From NCBI GenBank assembly GCA_050331735.1, contig JBHJGN010000011.1, forward strand, positions 235,119 through 299,118: a stretch of 64,000 bases of DNA. Reading direction: 5' to 3'. The stretch's first letter is position 1; each line of letters opens with the position of its first letter. The notes under the pieces are model-generated. The model was given only the letters and a program-made list of their open reading frames with translations. It had not been told where the DNA came from and searched no databases. The translations under genes were made by a program, and so were the position numbers. Origin of the DNA: Cyanophyceae cyanobacterium. Its GTDB lineage: Bacteria > Cyanobacteriota > Cyanobacteriia > Cyanobacteriales > JBHJGN01. This document shows positions 10,529 through 21,470 of the stretch, piece by piece.

Positions 10529-10640
10529 CTAGACGTATTACAAGGGTTTTCAGACGATAACAAAGCCAAGCGGTTAATACAAATTCAATCTTGACATTGA
10601 GTGGTCACAAAATAAACCCTCTTTGCACTTTATTCGTTCT

Positions 10641-12176
10641 TTAGCTCAAAATGGCAATGCCGTCTCGGCGAGCATCCCCCGCTCCTTCCATCCCGTCCTT
10701 CTTTCCTCGCACCGCATGAACGCCTCCAAAGAACATATTTTTTTCCGGCCACAGCACCAGCTTGGTATCGTCAGCGATCGCCATTGCTTCTTGATATCTG
10801 TTTGGTTCTACGCTCAAAACGTTGTTTTCCCAATGCACCCGCGGACTTTGCACTGCTTCATCTAAAGACAGCTCGAAATCAACCAGGTTAGAAATGACCT
10901 GAAGAATCGCGGTACGGATGCGATTGGAGCCACCCGAGCCTAAAACAACTGCTGACTTGCCCTGCTTGAGCAGAAGCGTTGGAGCCATCATCGAAGCAAT
11001 GCGGCGATCGCACATCCAATTATGAAAGCCAAAGGGATTAATATCGGCTTCTCCCAGCATGTTGTTGACCATGATTCCCGTATCAGGAATGATGTATGCT
11101 GAGCCTTCTCCATTGGTAGTGGTGGTGCTAGCGGCGTTGCCTTCGCTATCAATGACGCTGATATGAGTCGTGCTGCCCCATTTGTTAACAAAGTTTTTGA
11201 GTCGGTGTTGATAGGGGTCGGACTGACTCAAAAACCGTTCGGCACTGTCTTCTCGGTCTAAAGAGGCATCGTAGCCGTTGTGTCTCGCTTCGTTAGTTAA
11301 GCGCATTACCTGAGCCAGAATTTGCAGATGACGCGGACTGCCAAACTCAATGTGGGTAAAATTTACCGCTGACAACAGCTTGAGAGCCAGGGCAATCAAA
11401 GTCCCGCCTGCGCTCGGAGGAGGATTCGTCAGCAGTTTATATCCGCGATAATGAGTTTGGAGTGGTTTTCTAACGATGACCCGATAGTTACTCAAATCCG
11501 CGAGCGTGAGATATCCTCCCCCGGCCTGAGAATCTTTGACAAATCGATGAGCAATTTCTCCTTGATAGAATTCCTCAACGCCATGCTGTGCTAGAAAAGT
11601 TAACGTATCGGCAAAATTTCTCATGGTGCAAACTTCGCCAGCCGTTAGTAACTTGCCCTGGGGAGCAAAAATTTTCCGCGATTCTGGCTGTGCGAGCATA
11701 ATTGGCTCCAGCAGTCGCAGACAGAACTCTTGGTAAGAAGTAATTTCAAATCCATTTTTAGCGTAGTCAATCGCTGGTTGCACCACCTCTTTAAACGGCA
11801 GTTTGCCCAATCGTTGCTGCACTGTAAACGCTCCGGCGAGATTTCCCGGCACCGCAATCGCCCCCATGCCGATATGGAACGTTTGGACTTCGCCGCCAAA
11901 GTTTAGCTCAACGGGATAGAAATCCAGCTCGTTCGAAGGCCTTTTCGTGCGGGGTGTTTGACTAAAAAAATCAAAGAGCATCGGGGGCTGAGCTCGAGGA
12001 TGAGCCAATAGAAAGCCACTTCCGCCTGCTGAAGTTAAAGTTGGTTCAACGACAAAGGCAGCACAGAGAGAGGCGATCGCTGCATCAAACGCATTGCCAC
12101 CAAGCGCAAACATCTCCTGTCCTGCTTCTGCCGTTTTTCGATGTCCTGCCGCAATTACACCGTGATTTTGCCTCAT
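10641..12176 (-). CDS. ggt: gamma-glutamyltransferase
   Basis: GGNAFDAAIA, catalytic TTHISVIDSEGN, GSGGSNRI. Confidence 0.9.
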   Translation of the reverse strand: MRQNHGVIAAGHRKTAEAGQEMFALGGNAFDAAIASLCAAFVVEPTLTSAGGSGFLLAHPRAQPPMLFDFFSQTPRTKRPSNELDFYPVELNFGGEVQTFHIGMGAIAVPGNLAGAFTVQQRLGKLPFKEVVQPAIDYAKNGFEITSYQEFCLRLLEPIMLAQPESRKIFAPQGKLLTAGEVCTMRNFADTLTFLAQHGVEEFYQGEIAHRFVKDSQAGGGYLTLADLSNYRVIVRKPLQTHYRGYKLLTNPPPSAGGTLIALALKLLSAVNFTHIEFGSPRHLQILAQVMRLTNEARHNGYDASLDREDSAERFLSQSDPYQHRLKNFVNKWGSTTHISVIDSEGNAASTTTTNGEGSAYIIPDTGIMVNNMLGEADINPFGFHNWMCDRRIASMMAPTLLLKQGKSAVVLGSGGSNRIRTAILQVISNLVDFELSLDEAVQSPRVHWENNVLSVEPNRYQEAMAIADDTKLVLWPEKNMFFGGVHAVRGKKDGMEGAGDARRDGIAILS

Positions 12177-12762
12177 GCGCTAAAATGATCTATCGTTGCT
12201 TTTTAGAGTGTATTGGCAACTATAGCAACTCTCACTCTTATGAGGTACGGCCATAAATCCTCGTTTTTGCTGATGGTTGATTGTGAGGGTATAGTTCTGA
12301 GGGAACCTCAGAACGCAAAGACCGCCCGAATTGCTGATGGGTAACTAGCATACTTCCTGGTGTACCCCACAGATTTGAGAAACGCTATAGAATCAAGTTG
12401 TCTTCAAGAAAAAATTTGGTAGATTTACGTTAACAGATCTAGTAATTTAGGCTGCTAAAGGGTTAGGTAGTCACTTAGCTTGCTGCTGAGAAAACCGTAT
12501 CAGTCTTTAATTTAAGTCCAGGAAAAACACTAGATTTGATATAGTTCTCTTTAATAAACTTTTCCATTTGATATTCTCCTTCAACTAGCTGACAGACAGT
12601 GAATGTGCTCCGGGCTCGACGAAAACGGGGTTTTGCCACTATCAACATCGGTTTAATTCTTTTAATCTACTCAACTTGATTTAAGTTTCAGCCCGCTTGC
12701 TATGGCATCCGTCCCTGCTCTTTGTCTATATTTAGAAAAGACTTTTAGTATAGGATATAGCT

Positions 12763-12960
12763 GTGAAAGAAGTTAATTGTGCTGTAGAGTGCGTTGACGG
12801 CTGTATTTTGGGCGAAGAATGTCCTCACCGAGAATACGCGGCTAATGCCTCAACCTTCATTGAGGAAACTTCTTTAGACCAAATGATAGAAATCGCCGAA
12901 ATTGCCCGTCGTAAAAAACTGACTGAACCTCCTCAGTGGGTGATTCCTGACGAAATCTAG
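12763..12960 (+). CDS. small Cys-rich hypothetical protein
   Basis: 65 aa, GTG start after AGGA; C-x3-C-x3-C-x5-C motif. Confidence 0.75.
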   Translation: MKEVNCAVECVDGCILGEECPHREYAANASTFIEETSLDQMIEIAEIARRKKLTEPPQWVIPDEI

Positions 12961-12963
12961 GAA

Positions 12964-13671
12964 CTACCGACTCACCGTAGAGGGGCGAGCTGCCTGAATG
13001 TTTCCCTGTCGTTCACATTGAAACCCATTTTCCTGCCAGGCTTGTAAGTCTACGTCTTCTAGCTGAGTAACGCGAGAGCAGGGTGGATAGATAGCTTGAC
13101 TCAACGGTGACCACAGTAGGCTACGGAGAACATCTAAACCAGTTTTGAGTACAGACTCTTGGTTGCCAGGAACACCCTTCTCGGTGACGATCTCTGGCTC
13201 GACCCAAATTCCGTGGGCGCCCAGTAAAATTTGGGCTAACCATTTAGCCCGCGGCAAATGGGTTGCGGAGGTAACGACTTTGACTTTATGAACATCGAGG
13301 CGGCGGAGAATGGGAATGCCAAAAAAGAAGTTACCAAAGGTTGAATCAGCGCATCTTTCTAGCCATACTTTGTCTAAGCGCGCCTGTTCCCGTTGAAAAA
13401 TGAGAAAAACACACGGGTCGTCTGCTCCTTGAGAAATCACAATTGGCAGCTCAGGATACTGCTTTGCTAACTGTGCGGCATGAATTTCCCGTTGAATACT
13501 GCCTCCAAGAACCAGCAAAGCATCGACGGGTTTAGAGGAATTAAGCCATAGTATTACCGTGGAATGCACAAAGATGCTAGCCAATAGGAAGGCCGTACCG
13601 GTCATGACTACTGGCTTAAGCCATTTGATCCATCCCAACTTTAAAGATCGCTGTCGTCTTCGCACCGTCAA
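12964..13671 (-). CDS. YdcF/DUF218 family protein
   Basis: N-terminal [24 protein letters not shown]; overlaps the asnS stop. Confidence 0.85.
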   Translation of the reverse strand: MTVRRRQRSLKLGWIKWLKPVVMTGTAFLLASIFVHSTVILWLNSSKPVDALLVLGGSIQREIHAAQLAKQYPELPIVISQGADDPCVFLIFQREQARLDKVWLERCADSTFGNFFFGIPILRRLDVHKVKVVTSATHLPRAKWLAQILLGAHGIWVEPEIVTEKGVPGNQESVLKTGLDVLRSLLWSPLSQAIYPPCSRVTQLEDVDLQAWQENGFQCERQGNIQAARPSTVSR

Positions 13672-15053
13672 AAATCGGCATTCATAGGAGTACGAGGAAA
13701 GGGAATGACATCGCGGATATTGTTCATGCCAGTCATGAACTGTACAATTCGTTCAAACCCAAGACCAAAGCCAGCATGAGGAACTGTGCCATAGCGTCGC
13801 AGATCTAAGTACCATCCCAGCTCTTCTCGGGGCATGCCCTGATTCTTGATCCGCTGCTCTAAAACTTCCAGTCGTTCTTCACGCTGAGAACCACCGATAA
13901 TTTCACCAATTTTGGGAACGAGAACATCCATAGCCGCAACGGTTTTCTGGTCATCGTTCAGGCGCATGTAAAAAGCTTTGATTCCTATTGGGTAATCTGT
14001 GACGATGACGGGCTTTTTGAAGAATTCTTCTGCTAAGTAGCGCTCATGTTCCGACTGCAAATCTACGCCCCATTCTACCGGAAACTCGAACGTTCGCTCG
14101 GCTTTTTCGAGGAGGGCGATCGCCTCAGTATAGGTCAATCGTTCAAAGCGGCTATTAACAATATTATCCGCTGTTTCTAGCACAGTTTTGTCGATGCGCT
14201 GATTAAAAAACTCCATATCTTCTGGGCAACGTTCTAATACGGTTTTGAAAATATGCTTCAAAAACTCCTCGGCTAAATCCTGATTGCCGCCCAGGTCGCA
14301 AAACGCCATTTCCGGTTCGACCATCCAGAACTCTGCTAAATGCCTCGATGTGTTGGAGTTCTCGGCGCGAAACGTTGGCCCAAACGTATACACCCGCTCA
14401 AACGCCATCGCCATCGCCTCTACCTGAAGCTGCCCGCTGACGGTTAAATAGGCGCGACGACCAAAGAAATCCTGACTCCAGTCGATTGTTCGACCATTGG
14501 TGAGGGGCAGATGATCAGGATCGAGGCTGGTGACGGTAAATAGCTCCCCGGCTCCTTCGCAGTCACTAGCCGTAATAATGGGGGTATGAATCCACAGAAA
14601 CCCTCGCTCCTGAAAAAACTGGTGAATGGCGTTAGCGCAGGCATTGCGCACTCTAAATACAGCCCCAATCGTATTCGTGCGCGATCGCAGGTGTCCAATC
14701 GTGCGTAAAAACTCAAACGAGTGGCGCTTTTTCTGGAGGGGATACGTCTCTTCCGACTCACCAAAAACCTCCACAGCGGTTGCTTTCAGCTCAATTCGCT
14801 GTCCTTTCCCCGGAGAAGGAACCAATTGCCCTGTTACCTCAACCGAAGCGCCATTGCCAAGATGCTTGAGCGCACTTTCATAGTCAGGTAAATCAGGTTC
14901 TAAAACCGCCTGAATATTGGCCAAAGAAGAGCCATCGTTTACTTCTATAAAGGCAAAGTTTTTCAACTCTCGCTTGGTGCGGACCCAACCGCGAATGGTA
15001 ACGATTTCATCAGGTTGTCCGTGGCGTAAGATGTCTGCAATCCGCTGAGTCAT
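13668..15053 (-). CDS. asnS: asparagine--tRNA ligase
   Basis: OB-fold [40 protein letters not shown]. Confidence 0.97.
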   Translation of the reverse strand: MTQRIADILRHGQPDEIVTIRGWVRTKRELKNFAFIEVNDGSSLANIQAVLEPDLPDYESALKHLGNGASVEVTGQLVPSPGKGQRIELKATAVEVFGESEETYPLQKKRHSFEFLRTIGHLRSRTNTIGAVFRVRNACANAIHQFFQERGFLWIHTPIITASDCEGAGELFTVTSLDPDHLPLTNGRTIDWSQDFFGRRAYLTVSGQLQVEAMAMAFERVYTFGPTFRAENSNTSRHLAEFWMVEPEMAFCDLGGNQDLAEEFLKHIFKTVLERCPEDMEFFNQRIDKTVLETADNIVNSRFERLTYTEAIALLEKAERTFEFPVEWGVDLQSEHERYLAEEFFKKPVIVTDYPIGIKAFYMRLNDDQKTVAAMDVLVPKIGEIIGGSQREERLEVLEQRIKNQGMPREELGWYLDLRRYGTVPHAGFGLGFERIVQFMTGMNNIRDVIPFPRTPMNADF

Positions 15054-15112
15054 TCCGTCCTAGACTTTTAATAAGCATTATCCTCAGTGTACCGTTTTTA
15101 GCTGCTTTTGCT

Positions 15113-15232
15113 GGGGGAAAAGGAAAAGCGCTTCTAGACGCGGGAAAAGGTCAAAGGAGCAGGGGAAAAGGGGGAATAAATGAGTTTGTTTCTTAACTCT
15201 GTGTTCTTTCCCTTTCCCCGTCCCGTAGGGAC
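15113..15232. repeat. composite STRR-like/mini-hairpin repeat, copy B
   Basis: Purine arm, core AATAAATGAGTTTGTTTCTTAACTCT nearly identical to copy A, pyrimidine arm ending in GTCCC-GTA-GGGAC. Confidence 0.8.
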
Positions 15233-15571
15233 TTACCCCGCCCAGGTTTTCAGTACCCACCCAACGATTACGCCTAAGCCTCCAAATCTGACCGCTAGCC
15301 AAAAAGGGTCTTTAAGGCTGCTCCAGCGAAATAGGCGGCTTTCTAAATTGAGCTCAATCGTCTCTAATTCTTGCTCTAGCTGCTGTAGCTCGGAGTTGAC
15401 TGGTTGCCTCGACTGCTGCGACAGTTCTGTATAGCGCTGCTGTAGCTGCACTTGCCGCTGCTGATCTCGTTTTACCTGCCGGTAACGTTCTTTGAGAGCT
15501 GCTAATGAAGTTTCTAGAGCCGTTAAAGCTTGTTCCAATGACTCGTCAGGAACGCGAAATTGAGAAGACAT
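15233..15571 (-). CDS. hypothetical coiled-coil protein with C-terminal TM
   Basis: Heptad-rich N-terminus, C-terminal FWLAVRFGGLGVIVGWVL. Confidence 0.75.
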   Translation of the reverse strand: MSSQFRVPDESLEQALTALETSLAALKERYRQVKRDQQRQVQLQQRYTELSQQSRQPVNSELQQLEQELETIELNLESRLFRWSSLKDPFWLAVRFGGLGVIVGWVLKTWAG

Positions 15572-15611
15572 TTTACACTAGAGATGAAGATCTATGATTT
15601 GGCATCAACTC

Positions 15612-15899
15612 ATGTCTCAACCTACCCAAATTCGCCCCGACACCGATCAGCTTAGTACGCTTGAACTAGCTCAAGCCCTAGCCGAGCGCTTAGCGATCGC
15701 CCCCAATGATTGGCATCGGCTCAAAGGGAACCGGACTGTCCAAGCCCGCCAGCAAGCCGCCGCTGCCCTGGTATTTCTGCTCAAAGAGCGGCCAGAAGAA
15801 GCGCTTTTACGTCTTCAACAAGCGTCTCAATGGCTAGATCGCACCATTTCAGCTCCTCCTTGCCCCGATCACAATCGTAAGTCCTCGTCAGCACAGTAA
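15612..15899 (+). CDS. conserved cyanobacterial protein (DUF6439-like)
   Basis: LELAQALAERLAIAPNDWHRLK...PPCPDH. Confidence 0.75.
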   Translation: MSQPTQIRPDTDQLSTLELAQALAERLAIAPNDWHRLKGNRTVQARQQAAAALVFLLKERPEEALLRLQQASQWLDRTISAPPCPDHNRKSSSAQ

Positions 15900-16319
15900 G
15901 GGCTGACGTTCTTTGCCCTTTAATTGCTTACACAGCTTTAGCTCTGTTCCCTGTTGATTCCAGTGAACTCGGTCAAAAACGTAGTAGAGAATACATAAAC
16001 CTCGACCGCTTTCTGCTTCTTCTCTCGGCAGTTGGCTGTTGCCATTGCACTTGAAGCCTGTTCCTTCGTCAGAAATTACCCAGGAGTATTCCTCTTTGGT
16101 AACCGAGAACTGGACAACAACCGTTTTGCTCGGGTCTAATTTGTTGCCGTGTTTAGCGGCATTTACCAGTGCCTCTTGAAGTCCTAGCCGCAGCTCTGGT
16201 TGCCATTGGGTGGGAATATCGGCTAAAAGTAAGTCTAACACTGGACAAAGGTAAAGAGTGGATGCGAAGCTCATCACGCTCCACTCACGTCTTTTGGGAG
16301 ACATGGAAATAGCAATCAC
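15888..16319 (-). CDS. pmgA: anti-sigma-factor-like ATP-binding protein (PmgA/RsbW type)
   Basis: SFASTLYLCPVLDLLL, LQEALVNAAKHGN, ISDEGTG, GRGL; GTG at 16319 follows GAGG. Confidence 0.82.
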   Translation of the reverse strand: MIAISMSPKRREWSVMSFASTLYLCPVLDLLLADIPTQWQPELRLGLQEALVNAAKHGNKLDPSKTVVVQFSVTKEEYSWVISDEGTGFKCNGNSQLPREEAESGRGLCILYYVFDRVHWNQQGTELKLCKQLKGKERQPLLC

Positions 16320-16656
16320 ACGCACCTCTGGCTTGCTTAGTAATCTAGTTACGGTGGCAGTTAGGCCATTCGTTTAATTCCGTTCAGCAACTAATGTGCT
16401 TTGGCAACAGCAGCCAGTAATACACCTGAACTTGCTGAGGCTCTGGACGAGACTGCCCTATCTAGCAGCTAACGAGACGGAGTCACCCAAACGGCAGCTT
16501 CTGTGCTCTGCTAAAACATGCTACATACCATAGATATCAAGAATTTATGATGGTTAAAATTTTACAATCAGCTTAGAAAAACAGCCGGTTTTTCTCCATA
16601 AATTAAGATTTACTAGGAGTTATTTGCGTATTTTTCTCTATTCATTCACGATTTTA

Positions 16657-18048
16657 TCACAGAATTTCCGCAGACCCAAGAAAGGCTGCGCACTCAGCAT
16701 GAGCAGTTTGCGGGAAAAAATCTGCAGGTTGCACAAAAATTAGGGAGTAGCTGCTATTTTGACAAAGTAATTTCAGATCTCTTGCTAGGGTAGCCGGATT
16801 GCAGCTCACGTAAACCAGACGAGGGGGCTTGCTCTTTAACAAGGCGTCAAGGGTTTGGTGATTGCACCCTTGACGAGGGGGATCGAGAAGCACAATATCC
16901 GGGGAAACCTCTAGCTGAGGAAGTAAATCTTCTACCGCCCCAGTCTGAAAGGAAACATTGGCAATGTTGTTGAGCTGAGCATTGATGTGTGCCTGCTGTA
17001 CAGCAGCAGCTTGGACCTCGATACCGATTACCTGTTGTACCCGTCGTGCCAACGGTAACGCAAAGGTTCCGATTCCGCAGTAAGCGTCTAACACCGTTTC
17101 TTCGCCTTGCAGGTCTAGTTGCTCAACAATTACCTCCAGAAGAGCTTCTGCGGTTTCTGTATTAATTTGAAAAAAGGTTTCTGGACGCAATCTGAACTCT
17201 AGATCCGCAAAAATCTCGCGCAGCTCAAGCTGACCAGCGATCGCTCTCGTCTGCTTGCCAACAATAACGTTGGTGCGCTGCGGATTGTAGTTCAGCGCTA
17301 CGCCAACGAGCTGCGGATAGCGCTGCATCCACTGCTGAGCCTGATGTTCAAGCTCCGGTAGGTGCCAGTCTGTACTAATCAGAGTTAATAGCATCTCTCC
17401 GGTACGTCTGCCGATACGCAGGGAAAAATGGCGCAGTTGCCCTTGATGCGTTTGTTCGTTGTAAATCGACCAGCCGCGACGTTCGATGTCTCGCTTGACT
17501 TGAGCAAGCAGTGGGTCAAAGCGAGTATCCTGCACCGGACACTGATTCAGATTGACCAACCGATGAGAACCTCGACGGTAGTAGCCCGCTTGAACTTGCC
17601 CCGTTGATGATAAATTCAGAGGATAAGTCGCTTTGTTGCGGTAATTGAGAACATCCCGGTGAAGTGGAGGCGCGACAGTTGGCTCAGCAAAACCACCGAT
17701 GCGCTTGAGAATTTCGAGAATGTATCGGCGCTTGGCAACGCGCTGGTATTCATCATTAATATGTTGCCACTGACAGCCACCGCATTTGTCGGCCACAATA
17801 CACCGAGGACGAATCCGATGGGAGGAGGATTTAAGCAGCTCGATCAGCTTACCATGAGCATACTGAGGTTTCACTCGCACTAATCGCGCTCTGATCCGAT
17901 CGCCAGTTACGGTACTGGGAACAAACACGGCTCGTCCTTCAAAGCGACCAACGCCGTCGCCACCATTGCTCACATCCGTAATGTCTAGCTCTACTATCTG
18001 CCCCTGTTGCCAAAGTAATGCTGGAGATTGTCTGTCGTGACTGTTCAT
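16657..18048 (-). CDS. rlmD: 23S rRNA (uracil-1939-C5)-methyltransferase
   Basis: TRAM domain, CGGCQWQH, FFQIN, DAYCGIG, DPPR, YVSCNPATLARD. Confidence 0.92.
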   Translation of the reverse strand: MNSHDRQSPALLWQQGQIVELDITDVSNGGDGVGRFEGRAVFVPSTVTGDRIRARLVRVKPQYAHGKLIELLKSSSHRIRPRCIVADKCGGCQWQHINDEYQRVAKRRYILEILKRIGGFAEPTVAPPLHRDVLNYRNKATYPLNLSSTGQVQAGYYRRGSHRLVNLNQCPVQDTRFDPLLAQVKRDIERRGWSIYNEQTHQGQLRHFSLRIGRRTGEMLLTLISTDWHLPELEHQAQQWMQRYPQLVGVALNYNPQRTNVIVGKQTRAIAGQLELREIFADLEFRLRPETFFQINTETAEALLEVIVEQLDLQGEETVLDAYCGIGTFALPLARRVQQVIGIEVQAAAVQQAHINAQLNNIANVSFQTGAVEDLLPQLEVSPDIVLLDPPRQGCNHQTLDALLKSKPPRLVYVSCNPATLARDLKLLCQNSSYSLIFVQPADFFPQTAHAECAAFLGSAEIL

Positions 18049-18098
18049 TGTGAAACCGAGTGGCCGCGCCTCTAGGGCGGATTAACGAATACAATTAA

Positions 18099-18680
18099 GT
18101 GATGAAAGCTGACTCAATTACTGCGACTCTCGAACAATATTTTGGTTCTAACACGGTCCAAACCCCATCCGCCGATTCTTGGCAGGTGGAAAAGGACGGT
18201 TTGCGTCTGCTGGTGATTCTCTCTGAGGATCAAACCTGGCTGCGTCTTCTAGTTCCGATCGTAACAGCCGCGGAAGCTCAACCCTATTTTCAACAGCTAC
18301 TTCAGGCCAACTTCGACCAAACTCAGGAAGTTCGCTATGCTCTCAACCAGGGAATTGTGTGGGGAGTCTTCCAGCATAGCTGCGCTAGTCTCACCTCTGA
18401 AGATTTTACCGGCGCGATCGCTCGTCTCATTGTTCTGTCTGAAAACGGTTTGGGAGAGGCTTTTAATTTACAGACCGAACAGCGCATCAAGCAGATCATT
18501 ATTGCCGCTAAGCTGCAAGGACAAAGCCTCGAATCAACTTTACAAAACCTAACGCGCTTCTACGAAGAAGGAATGCTCGGAGGAATCGATCAAGATGCCC
18601 AAGAACGAGAACAGTTTTTGCAAGCGTGGGAAGCTCAGCTCAAGCGTTTCTGGCTGGAGGTAGAACCACCGGAACTATAA
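18099..18680 (+). CDS. hypothetical protein (YbjN/type III chaperone-like N-terminus)
   Basis: 193 aa; LLVILSEDQTWLRLLVPI...LLQANFD...RYAL pattern. Confidence 0.7.
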   Translation: MMKADSITATLEQYFGSNTVQTPSADSWQVEKDGLRLLVILSEDQTWLRLLVPIVTAAEAQPYFQQLLQANFDQTQEVRYALNQGIVWGVFQHSCASLTSEDFTGAIARLIVLSENGLGEAFNLQTEQRIKQIIIAAKLQGQSLESTLQNLTRFYEEGMLGGIDQDAQEREQFLQAWEAQLKRFWLEVEPPEL

Positions 18681-18683
18681 TTT

Positions 18684-18877
18684 GTCGCGAACGCGACGGG
18701 GCCAGGGGAAAAAGTTGCTGCGCAACGGGGAATGGGGAAAGGGGAAAAAGTTGCTGCGCAACGGGGAAAGGGAATGGTTTGTTAGTTGATTTGTCATTTT
18801 CTCTCACCTCATACATCATTACAGAGAGGTTTCCCCTTTCCCCCTTACCCTTTCCCCTTTTCCCGCGCCTGCGGCGC
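18684..18877. repeat. composite STRR-like/mini-hairpin repeat, copy C (inverted relative to A and B)
   Basis: Tandem GGGGAAAAAGTTGCTGCGCAACGGGGAA units; hairpins at 18684, 18714, 18750 and 18865. Confidence 0.8.
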
Positions 18878-18911
18878 TTTTGAGTTTGTAAGCACTCAGT
18901 AAGTTTAAATA

Positions 18912-19289
18912 TTGATGGATATTGTTGAAGTTCTGCGGAACGATTACCAGCGTTTTCCTAAAGACCAAACCTATAGCCTTTACGCTGAAGATGTGTACTT
19001 TAAAGACCCTCTTAATGAGTTTCGGGGACTCAAAGGATATCAAGGGGTTATTCGGATGATTGATACCATCTTTCAGGACATCAACATGGACCTCCACGAC
19101 ATTCGCCTTCAGGGTGATGTCGTGAAGACGGAGTGGACGTTGCATATGACCTCGCCTCTGCCGTGGAAACCTCGCTTAGCGATTCCCGGCTGGAGCGAAC
19201 TGAAGCTCAATCAAGAACAGTTGGTCATTTCTCATGTTGACCACTGGCACATCTCCCGTCTAGATGTCTTAAAACAAAACTTTTCCTAA
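18912..19289 (+). CDS. DUF2358 / SnoaL-like protein
   Basis: YAEDVYFKDPLNEFRG, HVDHW. Confidence 0.82.
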   Translation: MMDIVEVLRNDYQRFPKDQTYSLYAEDVYFKDPLNEFRGLKGYQGVIRMIDTIFQDINMDLHDIRLQGDVVKTEWTLHMTSPLPWKPRLAIPGWSELKLNQEQLVISHVDHWHISRLDVLKQNFS

Positions 19290-19351
19290 TCCGGCAAAAA
19301 TCGCGCTAATAATTAAGTAATATAAACATTTCTCAGATACTTACGATCCCG

Positions 19352-20539
19352 ATGCGCTTAATTTTAATGACGGGCAAAGGAGGCGTTGGCAAAACCTCTG
19401 TGGCAGCAGCGACCGGCCTTCGCTGTGCGGAACTTGGTTATAGAACCCTTGTGTTAAGTACCGACCCGGCCCACTCTTTAGCTGACAGCTTCGATTTAGA
19501 ACTCGCTCACGAACCTAAACCCGTTGCTGCTAATCTTTGGGGGGCAGAATTAGATGCATTGATGGAGTTAGAAGGCAACTGGGGAGCCGTCAAGCGCTAT
19601 ATCACCCAGGTGTTGCAGGCGCGGGGATTAGACGGAGTTCAGGCTGAAGAACTCGCTATTTTACCGGGGATGGATGAAATTTTCGGCTTAGTGCGGATGA
19701 AGCGTCACTATGACGAAGGAGATTTCGAGGTCTTAATTATTGATTCTGCGCCGACTGGCACGGCTCTGCGACTGCTGAGCATTCCTGAAGTCGGCGGCTG
19801 GTACATGCGACGTTTCTACAAACCTTTGCAGGGAATGTCGGCGGCCCTCAGACCGATTGTAGAACCAATCTTTAGACCAATCGCTGGTTTTTCTCTGCCC
19901 GACCGAGAAGTAATGGATGCTCCCTACGAATTCTATCAGCAGATTGAAGCCCTAGAAAAGGTGCTGACCGATAATACCCTCACGTCCGTTCGTCTTGTTA
20001 CGAATCCAGAAAGAATGGTGATTAAAGAGTCTCTCAGGGCCCATGCCTATCTGAGTCTTTATAATGTTGCGACGGATTTAGTCATTGCCAACCGCATCAT
20101 CCCGGATGAAGTGACCGATCCGTTTTTTGAACGGTGGAAGAAGAGTCAGCACGAATATCGGCAGGAAATTCACGATGATTTTCATCCGCTGCCCGTGAAG
20201 GAAGTGCCGCTGTTTTCTGAGGAACTGTGTGGGCTGGCGGCGCTGGAACGGCTCAAAGATACCCTGTACGGCGAGGAAGACCCGACTCAGGTGTATTATC
20301 AAGAAAATACTATTCGGGTGATTCAGGATGGCGATCGCTATAGCTTGGAACTATATCTGCCGGGAGTTGAAAAGACGCAAGTGCAGCTCAATAAAACTGG
20401 AGACGAACTTAACGTTAGAATCGGCAACCATCGCCGCAATTTGGTGTTGCCCCAGGCGTTAGCCGCGCTCTCTCCGACGGCTGCCAAGATGGAGGAAGAC
20501 TATCTCAAAATTTGCTTCACCAACGGTGCCAAAGTATAG
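19352..20539 (+). CDS. ArsA/GET3/TRC40 family ATPase with C-terminal HSP20-like domain
   Basis: [25 protein letters not shown]-terminal [16 protein letters not shown]. Confidence 0.92.
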   Translation: MRLILMTGKGGVGKTSVAAATGLRCAELGYRTLVLSTDPAHSLADSFDLELAHEPKPVAANLWGAELDALMELEGNWGAVKRYITQVLQARGLDGVQAEELAILPGMDEIFGLVRMKRHYDEGDFEVLIIDSAPTGTALRLLSIPEVGGWYMRRFYKPLQGMSAALRPIVEPIFRPIAGFSLPDREVMDAPYEFYQQIEALEKVLTDNTLTSVRLVTNPERMVIKESLRAHAYLSLYNVATDLVIANRIIPDEVTDPFFERWKKSQHEYRQEIHDDFHPLPVKEVPLFSEELCGLAALERLKDTLYGEEDPTQVYYQENTIRVIQDGDRYSLELYLPGVEKTQVQLNKTGDELNVRIGNHRRNLVLPQALAALSPTAAKMEEDYLKICFTNGAKV

Positions 20540-20699
20540 CTAACTAAATAGGCATCAATCAAGATTGAGACGGAGATAAGTCGGGGAGAAGAAAGCTAAC
20601 AGCTCATAGCTAATGGCTAATAACCATTAGCCAATCTAAATTTAATTCTACCTAGCTAGTTATACCAATTAGAAAAAGTAATAGGAGACTTGATGAGTT

Positions 20700-20760
20700 G
20701 GGGGAAAGGGGAAGGGGTCAAGGGGAAAGGGAAGCACAGCAGCTCTTTGCCCTTGAACCT
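20700..20760. repeat. STRR-like heptamer repeat (GGGGAAA)
   Basis: GGGGAAAGGGGAAGGGGTCAAGGGGAAAGGGAA with a partial inverted arm. Confidence 0.55.
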
Positions 20761-20824
20761 CCAATGCTTGGTGAGTTTAAGGAACTCTCTGACTACTTTC
20801 GGTAAATGGTATTAGATAGAGACG

Positions 20825-21082
20825 ATGGCTGATTCAATTGGTGTCAGGGTTAAGCTGTTTGCGGCTTATCAGGAAGCTTACGGAGTTGCAGAACTGCACC
20901 TCACCTTTCCTCCGCAGACCAATGCTGGCAGCGTGTTGGACTATGTGATGGCTGAACATCCAGAATTGGAGCAATGGCGCGAGGTGACGCGCCTTGGAGT
21001 TAATCTTGAGTTTGCTTCCCCCAACCGTCTTTTGAAAAATGGCGATGAAGTAGTTCTCGTTCCTCCTGTTAGCGGTGGCTAG
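20825..21082 (+). CDS. moaD: MoaD/ThiS family sulfur carrier
   Basis: VKLFA, GDEVVLVPPVSGG with C-terminal GG. Confidence 0.85.
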   Translation: MADSIGVRVKLFAAYQEAYGVAELHLTFPPQTNAGSVLDYVMAEHPELEQWREVTRLGVNLEFASPNRLLKNGDEVVLVPPVSGG

Positions 21083-21470
21083 CCAATCTGAATCAAGGAG
21101 CACAATTAAATTGGCTTTTGCCTCTTGAGCTCAGGAGAGGAAAATCTAAAAAATTTCTAAAATTAGCCGAACAGCCCTATCAAATAGCTTATTATATCAA
21201 ACTTAGATTAGAAAAAAGCGATCCCTATTGTGCTGGTCTTCTGCTTTCGCTCGTTCTGATATCGGTAGTAACACCGAGGTCAAGCTAAGCTTTAAGTTCC
21301 GCCTCAGTAAATTCCCGAGTTTACAGCTTCTTCCTCAAATTTTTATAGTTGAGATATAGCTCAGTATCTAGCCAAAAAGATTATCACGGCTTCCTTAAAA
21401 ACTAGTATTAAAGCCTAAAACGGCTACTAAACGAGATTAGTAACAAGCAACATTGAAAACTCCTATAAAA

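Noticed and set aside
12177..12762. Long intergenic region as a riboswitch or RNA gene (also 21083-21452)
   Set aside because: Only weak hairpins and no recognisable consensus; an Rfam scan would be needed
18700..18772. Tandem repeat units as a CRISPR array
   Set aside because: Only two low-complexity units, no unique spacers, no cas genes
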